Shown here in pieces: positions 26,659-39,724 of a DNA stretch of 64,000 bases. The first letter of the stretch is position 1. Every line of letters starts with the position of its first letter. The translations under genes were made by a program, and so were the position numbers. The stretch is taken from the NCBI GenBank assembly GCA_050084985.1, contig JBITNC010000002.1, positions 18,724,001 to 18,788,000 of the forward strand. Direction: 5' to 3'. Below the pieces are notes generated by a model. That model had not been told where the DNA came from. It worked only from the letters and a program-made list of their open reading frames with translations, and ran no database searches. The stretch is from Nageia nagi. Its lineage: Eukaryota > Plantae > Pinophyta.

Positions 26659-29600
26659 ATAAATAACTGGATCTTTTATATCATACTTATTTATGAGTGT
26701 TTATCTAGTTGTTTTAAGTTCATCTTAGTGTGACAGTTATTTAAGTTCTCTATTTAAGTGAGAACTTATAACCTTGGCTACTTTATATATCCTTAGTGCT
26801 GATGAGAATGCTCTAGTCTTGATAAATATTTTGATCTCTTCTAGTACCTTATCAATACAGTTTGGTTACTCTGTGCATTTTATAATTACCTTGTAAATCT
26901 AGGAAAGTTGCATTCATCCATGATGATTGGTGCATGAATAAAAAATATAATTTGGGCTTAAAATTAAACATTGGAGAAGGTATTCTCTTGCTTTTGGTAA
27001 TTTATTATTGGTGCTTATGTGTATCAAAGTCTCTCTTTTGCATTAGCTTACTTTTTAAAAGATAAAAGAGCAAATTATCATACTTGGGAGGGATTGCTTT
27101 GAATTTTATGAAAGGATTAGATTTGCACTATAATCTAACGCACATAATCATTTTTATTATTTCAAGAAGATTTAATCTCACACTCATAAGTTTTTATTAG
27201 GGCATGTGGAATTCATTCCTACCACCTAACCCATACTTGGATTTCATCACTAAGGTGGGAGCCCTTCTATTCATGACAATGTCATATTAGAGGTACTTAA
27301 GATACCCTTAAATGTTCCACACCCATAGATATTGAGCATTACCTTTAAACAATTGACTATAATCATTTTAAGTGATACTATATAAGATGAAAGAAATATT
27401 AATATACACCCCATGTCATGATATAATTATCAAATTGAACAAGAAAATAATATAAAGATAAAAGAAAATCACTACCTATGAGCACCTCTATCTTCATTTG
27501 GGACTTTCATATTCTGCATTTCATCCTAAGGGTATGTGATTAACATTTCATCATCACTAAATTCAACTATTAAGTTTAATCCAATATAGGCTTTTTGTTG
27601 AGTGTTTTGTTATGTATTTTTTGAAAGTCTTTCTTGAGTTATACTTAAACTATATTTAACTTATTCTTTGAAAGTATATTTATGTAACTCAATCCTAGTA
27701 ACAATACCAACATTTTGGATATAAATCCTCCATTGGAATGGTGAAAACTAGATCCCAAGCTAAGAAGAAAGAGATGGAAGGTATAAATAACTCACAAGGG
27801 GATGGAAAATTTAATCTAGGTAACTTGTCTATTGGCTTTTTACAAGCTCTATAAACTTTTAAATGAATGAGTATAATTGATGTATTTAAAGGGTTTGAAC
27901 AAATTAATAATCATTTTGAAATGATAATTCAAACTCACCAAAAAGTTCAAAAGACACAAGTAAGTATTCGAACTTGGTTAGACTACCATATATACAATGA
28001 TAATTAAGGACTATGAATTCCCAAAATCTATAATAAGGTCTATGCCATAACATGATTATAATGCTCAAAATGTAAGTAATTAAAAAGGGTACGAAGAAGT
28101 AATGGATCAAATGTTATTCAAGGATATGGAATAGTGTACCAATTTTATTCTCACAAATCAACCCATTTCTCAACATTTTGTCAATGTTTGGTTTCTCTCT
28201 TAGGACTGCAGTTCATCCTCTTCCCAAGAACCACTCTTAAAACTATAATATTAGCCCAAAGATAAGCCAATTCTTCATTTCCAAGCCTTCCCATGAAATG
28301 CACAATAGGTGCAAGAAGCATTTAACTAAAAATTGCTCTAAAGAATCAAAATATATCTCAATAATACCAAAATGTTTTCCAACAATAAGGGTCTCCCCCA
28401 TCCCAAATGGAACCAAATAAAGCTCAGCCCTATCCAACATCAAATATTACCATGCAAAATCAACTAAATGTTCAAACCAACACTATTTCAAGAAACATAA
28501 TGTCACCAAACCAAGAGGAATGATGGAAAATTAATCCCAATGCAAATTTGTAAAACTCTAATCCAAATACCTCATATCTAGCTAGTACTCAAGGTTAACC
28601 AAACCATGGCTAAAACACCTTTATGAACCAAATTTGAAACCAAAAAAATGTACATATAATTAACTATAAAAAAATGAATGATAATATAAGAATAAATTTA
28701 TGTAATATCAAATTAGATAGATATAGTTAAAAATATGATGATCAATCTAGGATTAGATATCAATATAATTTCATTATAGACACAACTGGGATGTCCATCC
28801 CTAGAACCTCCAAGATATAACATAAAAATGGCATATGGATGTATGATGAAACCAATAGGAATTCCTAAATATAGAATTACATCACTTATACAAATCAAGT
28901 CATAAGTAAATATCAATGTGATTGATATGGGCAATAAAGATACCTTGGAATACACATCTCTTCTAGGCTCAGAGTGGTTCATCAATAATAATATCATTTT
29001 AAATAAAAAATCATAAGAAATAATGATATCCAAGGAAGAAAATGAAGGGCATATTCCTTTAAATAAAGGAATACAATACGCTTACATAGATTTTATAAAC
29101 TTTAGTACCAACAATAGCAAGAAAAAAGAAGGTATAAACTTACAGCAATAAGTTCAAATCTTGATATAAGTTATTACTATAATAACAAGTGAACAACTAT
29201 ATAATTACTTATAAAATACAAGATATCTATGATGTATTTTCTTTTTATTTTTTACTTTAATAGCAGATGTGAGCTTTAATATATCTAATCATTGGTTTCA
29301 TGTTATAGAATATATATTTTGGTTGAAGTTGAAAGTTCCATTCAATTGGTATTATATTTGGACTCCTTGGTTCCCTATTATGCTTATTATTCATGTAGGA
29401 ATTATACTTATACTTTGTATTTTGAAAGAGGGTGATAATATTATGATCCCATATAACATATTAATGAATACTAAGTGTATGTTTATGTTTATCGTACGTG
29501 CACTAGGTATTGAGAGAGATATTATGATGGCTATTGATAGGAAAGCCTTTTCTATTATAAAGGTAAGAATAAGAAAAAAATATTAAAGAGAAAATTAGTT

Positions 29601-29699
29601 CATTAGAAGGTGCATGGTGTAAGTTATTCAAATATTAGATTGTATTTTGTATCACACTTAATGCATTTTAGTATTTTTCATGTAATAGATGTTATAGAT

Positions 29700-32600
29700 C
29701 TTAATATAATAAATATTAAACTATTCAAAGAAGAAAATATTGAATATTGGGAATATCAATTGAAGATAATTTTGGTATGGAAATAAGTATGAGATAATAT
29801 TACAATAGGTTATGTATAACAAAAAAATTTGAGTATTTTAATACAAGATGAGAGAACAAGGAAGAAGGAACAAAAAATAAGGAAGAAGGAAGAACAAATA
29901 ATGAAGGAAATAGGAAAGGAGAAGTAAAAAGGAAGAAGGAGGAAGGAAGAAGGAAGAAGAGAAAGAAAATCCACAAGACATATTGTACATATAAATTCTC
30001 ATTGATACTAGAATCTATTAATGGATTATTAGTTGTAAAAAATAGAAGAATCATGGACAATATTAGAAACCTCTTCTAAGGGAATAAAAAAGATTAGAAT
30101 AAAGAAACTTCAAACCTTAAAGATGCAGTTTAAAAACATGTAATTTGAGAAAATGCAAAGAGTTAAAGACTATTATTTTAATGTAAATGTGATGCAACTA
30201 TATGAAGAAACTATTGCAAAAATTAAAATTATCAACAAGATGTTAATATCCTTGATATCGAGATGGATTTACATTATACTTATATTAGAGGAATACAAGA
30301 ATTTAGATACCTTAAAATTTGAAGAGATTGTTGATTCACTTTTATCTTATGAAAATTAAATATAGTACTACACTAAGATGTTATGCAAATATCTTAAGAT
30401 CAAGATGAGGATTACAAAATTATTACAAAAGAAACTACCAAAGTAAGAAAGTTGAGAAGAAATGCACACCAAAATATTTTAGTAAAAAATGGAAAGAATA
30501 AGGTAACTAAAAAATAGAAGCCTAAGATGAATAAAAGGAATAAAACTTAGTATAATTATAAGAAACCAACTCACATAAATAAAAACTTTATAATTTTGGA
30601 AACCAAGAATTAAATAGATCATAATGGATACAAAAAGAAAGCCTACATCATTGAGTATGGTAATGACTATTCTATGTCATGTAATGACTCCATATAATAT
30701 AATTATCATGTTTTGCTTATTGATAGTTATTTCTCTAGAAAGCACATGTAAAACTATAAGGATGTTTGTAACAAAATTTATAATAAATACATATTTTAAG
30801 ATTAATTAGGATATTTAAAAATAATTCAAATGGTGGGAAAGGAACTATATCCATCAATTCTAAGTAAGTTAAGAGAACCATCAATGATATTTAGTATTCT
30901 CGTAACATAAAAAAGAACGTGATAAGTGTGTGAAAGCTTAATGAAAAAGGCTTTAATTTGGTATTTAAAATTAATTCATGTATTATGTTTAAATAGAGTC
31001 AAGAAAATAAGCTAATTGGAATATACATTATGTCAAAGAATAGAATATTTTCACTTAAATTCAAGATGATAACTAGTGGCATATGTTATACTACTATTAA
31101 TGATTCAACTTGGTTATGGCATGAGAGTTATGGGAAACTCAACTTTGCTAGCCTACATATTATTCATCAAAATCTAATGGTACATGGGCTGAAAAAAGTG
31201 AAAGTGAAAATAAAAGAATAAGTATGAAAGGGTTGCATATTTGTAAAACATCTTAGCGAAAAGTTTACTACTAAGAAGTGGAAAGTTAGTCAACCATTAG
31301 AAGTCATCCAATTTGACTTATGTAATCATGTCTTGTGCAAGTATTGATAACAACATTTACTTAAACACTTTCATTGATTATGTTCCTAAGTATGTTATAA
31401 TTTACCCTATTCAGAGCATAGATGAAGCATTTTTAGCCTTCAATATATTCAAATCTATAGTTGAGAATAAAAGTGGAAAATCTATCAATAGTTTGATGAT
31501 GTATAAAAGAGGATAATTTTGCTCCAAGTAGTTTCTTGACTATTTTTCTTCTTATAGCATCAAAATGAAACTAAAAACATCTTACAAACCATAGAAAATG
31601 GTGTGGTGGAGAGAAAGAATAGAGTAATAATTAAATGAATCATAATAATACTTAAAAATAAATTAGACAGGATGTATTGGGCTAAAGTAGTGAATCTAAT
31701 TATTTATGTACTCATTAAGAGTCCTACAATAGCCATTAAAAATAGAACTCTCTACCATAGGAAGTTTTGCAATCGAGTACAAATAAAATGTAACATATGC
31801 ATAGATGAACTATTATAGAAGGATGAATTATAACAAAAGGGCAAGCATGAGAAATCTATAATATAACTACTGATGAACTATTACAAAAGTAAGGGGTTAT
31901 TATTATAAAGAAGATTATAATTTATCCAAGTTGTAATATTGTTATGATGTAGCCAAATGATGTTCAAAGTACGATGAACAAAGATAAGCAGATACCAAAT
32001 ACTAAACCTTCAAAGGAATGAGTGAATGTTATTACTTGAAAATAATCAAAGATTGTATAGGAAATAAAGATTGATATAGTACCTAATATTTTTGAAAATA
32101 AAATTCAAATCAAGGACCCTAAGAGTATCGTTACCCAAGAAGAAGATCGATAAAAGTTCACTTTGGTTGGATGATTTGTGGAAATAAGACATATTTTGGA
32201 TATGGTTAGAAGATGGATGATCAAGAGATGGTACATAAGAGATAATGTGGAGCTAGTGATCCTTCCAAAGGAATTTTTACTTTTCAAATTTGAATGTGAA
32301 GAAGATATGCAAAGAGTGTTTGACTTAGGCCCTTGTTCATTGGTAGAAAGGGTTTGATTCTAAAACATTAGTATAAATGATTTCACCTAGAGAATGGAAA
32401 TTTTGACCTAATCCCCACTAGGGTTTCACTTCCACATCTCCCAATAGAATTTTGAATTATTAATATCCTTATCCGCATTGCTAAAGGAATAGGTTTACTT
32501 ATTTTGATTGATAGAGCAATAAGGATGTGGTCAAGAATGATATAGGTAAGATTTTGTGTGAATGTTAATATTAGAAATATATTGAAGAACATAATGCTTA

Positions 32601-35600
32601 TTGAGGAAGAATATATGTGCATATGGGAAAAAAAGATCATTTATGAAAACCTACCAATTAGATGTGGGATTTTTAAGTAGTTTAATCATTACATGAAAGA
32701 ATGTCAAAAAAAAGGAGAATAAACAAAATAAACAAGGTTGGAAAATAGTCCACAAACATAATGATAAGAAGAAAGAACATGAACATAACAAGAATCCTAT
32801 GCAATCACAATAGAAACAACTTAGCCAACAAAAGAGCTTGGTATCTAAGAACCCCTATGTTTTGCTCAATACTATTGAAGATAATAATAATGAATATAGT
32901 TCAAATGAGGAAGCTATGGAATTGGAAGGAATTGAAAATGATAAGTTAGGAGAATAATCTATCTAAAGAAAAAGAGCTTAGAAGAAAGATACTAAGGATT
33001 CAGAAATATGACAAGAAAGTAGGGAATATAGGTACAAAATCCCACTAAGAAAAATGATAGGCTTCAAAAAAATTTCAAATATAAGAAAAGAGTACATAGG
33101 CTGTCCTTTCTAAAGCGAAGTTAGAGAAAATATGATAGAGAAAGATCTTGCAAATGGTATTCAACTCACTCTTGATTAGGTCAGTAATACTTTTAGCCTA
33201 CCTTTAGGCTAAGTAAAGGATTTCTTAATGAAATCATTCAAGTAATGAAGGTGCAATTCGGTTGCAAAAAAAGATGTAACTCAAGTGCATCTTAGCTACA
33301 TTAGTGACATATTAATCATATAAAGTACGCTACATTATGAGTATAGTTAAATAACATTCGAATTATAGTAGTTATGTTTTAGTTCTTTTTTCAATGATTT
33401 TTAGCTACTTATAGGTATAGTTGGATAACTAATTTCTTTATAAACTAAATTTTTAATTGCTTTTAGAACCTATCTAAAACCTATAGTTTGTCTATCAATA
33501 TAATTTACCTATTAGTAAAAAAATATAAAAATCTCTACCACACATGGTATTGTAAGAAACTAACTATGATGCATTTTAAAGTATTTATTTACTTATCTTA
33601 TATGTATTTTAATGGTGGAAAAAGAAAAATATTTGATCCTAAAACTAAAACTCATATCTTCAAAACTTATAATGATACAAGCAATGCATATAATTTATAT
33701 AATCCTAAAACTAAGAATATCATTATTTCTAATTATGTTATTTTTAATGAAAATTTTATTTATGATGATCACTATAAAAGAGTAAATGAGGTTAAAAGTG
33801 GAGGGAATCCTATGGGTGAAAATATGAAAGAAGAGGATAAACAATCCACTATATCAACATCTTTTGAAGAAAATTCTATACCAAAATCAAATGGCTTAAC
33901 ATATACATCCCAAGGAGGAAAGTTTAAAATTATGTTCATATCACATCAATCTTCACATATTTTAGATTTAAATTTTGAAAAAATGACAAGAAGATTTTAA
34001 TAAAATGAAGGTGACAAAAACCAAGTAGTGAATGAATTGAGTTATTTTTATTTATCTTGTATTTCAAGTGAACCTATAGCTTTGATGAAGCTATTAAATG
34101 TAAAGAAGGGTTTTACCCAATGAAAAAGGAAAAAGAACCAATAAAAAGAAATGGAGTTTGGGATTTGGTACTATCATCAAAATATTAAGATGTTATTGGA
34201 ACCAAATAGGTTTACAAAACTAAGTTTAATAATGATGGGATTATTAATAATATTAAGGTATGATTGGTTGCCAAAGTCTTTGCCAAAATATTAGTTTTTG
34301 GTTATAAAAGGATGTATGATCCTATTACAATACATTACATAATAATATTATTGTTAATATTAACAACTTAAAAATGATGAAAAGTACATTAGTTATATAT
34401 TAAGACTAATTTCCTAAATGAATTCATAGATGAAGAGGTCTATGTGGAAGAACAACATTGATTTGAAGTTTGAGGTAAAGAAAGTTGTGTGTAGAAATTA
34501 AATAAGGAACTTTATAACATAACTAAGTCAGAAGATCTTTTTGTTTAAGAATATATATACCATTATTTGATAATGGCTTGATAAGAAGCAAAAATGAACC
34601 CACTTTGTAAATGATAACATAAAATACTAATTTATCTTCATGTTGATGATTCAATTATCATAGGTAGCTTTAAATACATATTAGAAAGACTACATAAAAC
34701 TCTTAAGTCTAAATTAAAAATGATTAATATTGTATTGATGAAACTCTTTCTTGGAATCCACAGTTTCAATAACCATGAGGTAAAATCTTCATATTCTAAC
34801 CTAAAGTATGCTTAACATGATAAATAATTTTAGATTATGTGATTGAAAAATTGTTAATACTCCCATTGTAAGTAGTGAGAAGCTAATGACAGATGATGGA
34901 AGTCCTAGGGTTTATGAAAAATGGTATAGAAGCATGTTTGTAAACCTTATATACCTTACATCCTTGACACCTAAGATCAATCTTACAATGTTACTTGTAT
35001 CAAGATACATGACCAATCCTACCAAAATATACTTTCAAGCTATAAAAATTATCTTCAATTATTTTAACAATAATAGTGATCATGGAATTCATTATACACT
35101 AGTGAAGAAGATAAGTTTAACTAGTTTAAAAAATTATATTGGGTAAGTTTTATTGATGATAAAAATTCTACATCATGTTAATACTTAAATATTGGTAATA
35201 TATTGATTTCTTGAAGTTCAAAGAAATAATCCATAGTATTTTTATCATCAATTCATGTTGAATATGTAGATTGGAATTTAGTATAAAATAAAGGAGTTTT
35301 GTTGCAATAACTTCTTGAATATTTAGGAAAATCTACTCAAAATCTTTTATGATAATAGTAGGAAATCAAATTATCTAAAAATCTAGTCTTTCATTCAAGA
35401 ACCAAATACATTAATTTTAGACATAATTTTACGAGCGATTTAGTGCAATAAAGTAAAGTGAATGTTGAGTATGTCAATACTGAATATCACATAGTTTATA
35501 TCTTGTCTAAGGGTTTGCTAAAGCAAGAACATATAATACTAAAAATAAAACTTGATATTTCTCCAATTGACATCAAAGGGAGTAATTTTAGGAAATAATG

Positions 35601-35990
35601 CCAAATGATTAAATTTTTTGATCAATATTAGAATAATTATGTGGAATTAATTTTTGTCCTATCCTTTCATGCATGTGTATACCTATGTAGAAACCATTTT
35701 TGTAGCCTAAAGCAAGTTACTCCATGTCTGTTTAATGTTTTTTTTCTACATTTGTTAGGTAATTTTTTATTAGCTTCTCTTTTATTGGTTGTTTTTTGAA
35801 AGAAAAGGCATCTTTTTTTTGTTTGTATTAACATACAAAAAATATTTTAATATTCTTAAATTTTTATGTATACTTATTGTTGTAGTTTTGAGTATTATTT
35901 TGGATACATTGCATTGTTTTAGCTAAAAATTTATAGTATTTTTATTTCCATTTTGTTGGTTATTTGAATACTATTACAAGATTTATTTAA
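29700..35990 (+). mobile_element. Ty1/copia element C, near full-length, heavily decayed, interrupted by a LINE
   Basis: Gag (EEYKNLDTLKFEEIVDSLLSYE), STWLWHESYGKLNF at ~31107, integrase NGVVERKNR at ~31598, RT LHVDDSII at ~34636, RNase H FHSRTKYI at ~35389, and PPT AAAGGGAG at ~35575-35582. LTR limits are uncertain. Confidence 0.85.
31758..33531 (+). mobile_element. L1-type non-LTR insertion encoding only a decayed ORF1 (DUF4283 + zf-CCHC_4), with A-rich tail
   Basis: TSD TCTCTACCA (31749-31757, 33532-33540), with an empty site in sister copia D at ~49940. Motifs FKFECEEDMQRVFDLGP, IPTRVSLPHLPIEF, RFCVNVNI and YENLPIRCG..F.H..KEC at 32250-32705. Tail AAAAAAATATAAAAA. Confidence 0.82.
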
Positions 35991-37949
35991 AACATATCAA
36001 TACATATTTCATTTAGAACTTGTAATTGTTATTTTTCTCTTTTGAATATGTTGTAATTTAGTATGTGATTACAAGTTTGTAATTTGTTCAGTGTTAGTTG
36101 TTGTTATTCTCTCAATTTCTTTTATTGATCTTGTCCTAGAGAGGGTTTTAAAATACTCTTAATTCATATCCTCAAATGATTACAATTAACTATCAACTAA
36201 CTCTTATTACTACCTCCATAAAGTGCTCTCTAGTTTCTAGAAAAAAAATGAAAGGTTTCTTCATCACAATTTCATTACCCTAAAAAAATAAGGTGCAAAA
36301 TCATATTTAGAGTTTTTCAAATAAATCCTACTCGTTGACCTATCCACAATCTTGGCCTTCTATCTTCTAGTAAATCTTGATCTTTCATCTACTTGTGACT
36401 CTAACCTTCCATCTTTTTATGATATTTTACAACTTATTTGATACTATTATCCTATATAACTAAGTCGATAATAAATCTTACTATAACTAGGTAACCACCA
36501 ACTCCTATTATAACTTTTTCAAAATTACACCTTATATTACTCGATTGATATAAAAATACTATATTATTAGCTTGATAGTAAAATCCAAGCTTATTAGATT
36601 GATAACAAATCCTACTAAGATGATACTATATCCTCCACTACTAGATTGAAACCATGTGTTCTTATATTTAGTTCAACATCATATCCACTTATTGTGAAGT
36701 TAAAACCACATCTTACACTACCATATTGACATGATATCTTCTACTTTTAGATCAACACCATGTATTTTTAATATTAGGACAATACCATATCTTCATGGTA
36801 CTTGGTTGATAACAAGTCTACTTATTCCAATAAAATGGTAGACCATGTATTGAAGGTTCAAACTATTAACAATCTCATGAAATCTATAGGTGAAGCTCTA
36901 AACCCTTGAGCATGAGAACTTCACTTAGAATCCTCAATCAAAGATATCTAGTTTTCATGCATATGATCATTTGGAATTAATGTATCATTAAATATCTTAT
37001 GCTTATCATTTCATATATTCTACCAATGATTCTTTTACCAAATAAAATTAACATCATCTATAGAAGATAAATTCTTAATAATATTATCTATATGGAACTC
37101 CATGAAATGGGATTCAAAGTTAAAACAATACACTTTATTCATCAAAATCAATTTTGAGAAAGATTATGATATAATTGAGTGGTATTTCATTATATAGCGA
37201 TGAAAAAATCCAATGGATTTCATAATAGTTTTATCATATAAGTTAAAATTATTTTTAAGGATGTATATATGTTGCACTTACTTTAAATAAATGCTTATCA
37301 AAGATGATTTGATATCTTTTAATCCATTTTTGATGTCTATCCCTTTGAAATTTCATTGTATGTGCTAGTTAATGAATGCTTAATTTGCTTTCTTACACAT
37401 AAATTATTAAATGGTATGGTTAAATGAATTTACCTTACAATAGCCATGTTAAGCTTCTTAATAGTCAAATATTGAATTATTCTTTTCTTACCTTGTTGTA
37501 AGATGAACATTCATTTACATAGGCTTTATATTTTGTGTAAATAATTGATAAAGATTTTGAATCCACCATTTAGTTACATAAGATCCTCTATTATGGATAT
37601 GTTGATTCTTTTCTCAAATGTTATCTTTCTCATAGTCACATTAATTTTTATTTTTAAATATTTGAAATCTAGATATTTATTTGTTAAAATTAAATATAAA
37701 CAATTGTATATATAATTATTATGAATTATCATTGTTGAATGCATAAAGAATGATACTATTTAAATTTATTACCATTTATTATATATTATTTAATAATTTT
37801 TTAATATAAAAAAATCAATAACTACTTTTATTTTGTGATGTTATAATGGAGGAATCAATAATTAGGTACATTATTCTTCACCTCATTATGGGTTCAAATC
37901 CTACTCTAGTTTTGTTATGGTAAACTTTTAAACATAGTTGATAATGTAA

Positions 37950-38043
37950 GCATTAAATGCCCTTCGATCCTACGAGTCTAGAAGGATTCGAACCTAAGTC
38001 AATAGTTCTTAATGGACATGAGTTGATCATAAAGCCAAGCCCT
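37950..38043 (-). other. tRNA-like Pol III promoter (A/B box) remnant, possible SINE head
   Basis: Minus strand: A-box-like TGGCTTTATGA (38037-38027), 32-nt spacer, perfect B box GGTTCGAATCC (37994-37984). No cloverleaf. Confidence 0.35.
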
Positions 38044-38739
38044 AAGGCCTAATATGTATTAAAAGTAAGTTAAATGAATATTAAATTAGGTATAAATATT
38101 ATGCACAAAGATACAATAAGTATATCTTAATGTATTTTTATATATTTAAAGTATGGAGCCTAAATAAATTAAGGATTTATATTATTATATTATATTTTTA
38201 ATTCCTAAATTTATGCTATTTTAGTTATTTTCATGCAACTAACTTAAAAAATAAGTATTTATTATGATATTAGATAAATAAGACATAAAAAATGTAATAT
38301 AGATTATCATGTGATTTCAAGTCGTTCGAAATATTTGTCTTATGAAAAGATGAATGGATACATGTAAATTAAGTAGTTTGAAATTACAAACAATATAATT
38401 TGTAGAATAATAAATTTGAAATCTTCTTATAAATATTAGATATCTTTGATGAACTTTAATCTTCATTTTATTAGAATACATTTTGTTTTAAAATTTTAAT
38501 TTTTTAAAGAAATTAAACTAATTCAAATTAAATCTTCATATTGGATAATTATATATTCTAATTCTATATTTTTCTTCACATATCACACAAGTAAAAAATC
38601 TCCAAAATTAAAAGTTATTTATCAAATTATTTTAAAAAATATTATCTGAACATTCAACAAAAACTGAACCACATAGTTAACAATATCTTCTTAATTCAAC
38701 CTATAGAAAAAGATGCATTAATTCAATTATAGTAAATAA

Positions 38740-39588
38740 ATTACACCGATAAACTAAAGTAATTCGATTTTGAAATAATGTCAAAACCTACCTTTCCATT
38801 TTGAAATTTTAAACATCCTAAAGATTATATATGACCCAAAAGCTTTTTGACAACGTAATTTTTAAAAAGTTTAGTAATAAAACTAAAAATAAGAAATATT
38901 TAACAATCTCATATTTTGCTTGAGCTCGACACTGTTTACATGTTATGTTTTTAATCAACTTCCATATTACTTAGTCAATTATCACATGTTCCAATACTCA
39001 AGGATTTTTGTAACGAAATTGCAGAGGACCAACAGCTTTCTTTTGGGTACGCATTGGTCGGTGAATCTGAGCGCAGGTGTCGTCACAGATGAGCATTCAA
39101 CCCTAAGCAGAGGCACCTACAAGAAACGTATAGAGATAAAACATCATCAATGAAAAGGTGTTAGCTAGGAGGAAGCCAATCAGCCAGTCGATCATTTCCG
39201 TGGGGAGTGGAATTTCTTCCTTGTTCTTTTCCTGTATAAAATTCAATTTCACACGACACACCTCAGAGTTGCTCCCCAAATCTGACGTATAGAGTTGAAG
39301 GCCGCCAAATTCTTTTACCCACAGCTGGGGTTGACTTCTACTCCAAACTTTTGTGTTTGGAACCTTTTAAGAATTCCTTCTATATAAATGACTTCTTTGG
39401 TCTGTCGGTTTAAATACATACCGTTGGTCTTATTGATTATTTTCTCTCTGTGAAACTATTATTATAGTTATACATTTGTATCTTGCAGTATTTCGATAGT
39501 CACACTCTTTGTATTGCTTTGTTTAAATTTTTTAAGCTCTGTTGAAGAGAAAAAGTTGTGCGGTGTGGAGGGTAGAAATTTTGTTAGA
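38740..39588 (+). promoter_or_regulatory. Proximal promoter/5' UTR of the MYB gene; TATA box TATATAAA at 39381-39388
   Basis: CpG-retaining unique sequence. W-box cores (TTGAC ~38847 and ~39331; GTCAA ~38974), TGACGT at ~39283 and GCCGCC at 39301. Confidence 0.65.
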
Positions 39589-39724
39589 ATGGGTCGTTCA
39601 CCTTGTTCTGATAAAGAGGATGGTCTTAAGAAGGGACCATGGACTCCTGATGAAGACCAGAAGCTTATTGATTACATTCAACGTCACGGGCATGGAAGCT
39701 GGCGTACTCTCCCTAAACGTGCAG
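39589..39724 (+). CDS. MYB: R2R3-MYB exon 1
   Basis: ATG at 39589; donor GCAG|GTAATA; phase 1. Confidence 0.95.

Noticed and set aside
29800-30060. Hydrophobic F/S/L-rich ORF suggesting a membrane protein (similarly 19801-19989, 20994-21182, 22511-22831, 26154-26489)
   Set aside because: Antisense readings of purine-rich tracts, or AT-rich LTR/TE sequence; compositional artefacts.
36320-36830. Faint ~28-30-bp periodicity (TACTAGATTGATAA-like)
   Set aside because: Too degenerate to define units by eye; needs TRF.
37950-38043. Functional tRNA gene
   Set aside because: A B box is present but acceptor and anticodon stems cannot be formed.
39440-39488. Possible 5' UTR intron ending TCTTGCAG
   Set aside because: No convincing donor between the TATA box and this site; needs transcript data.
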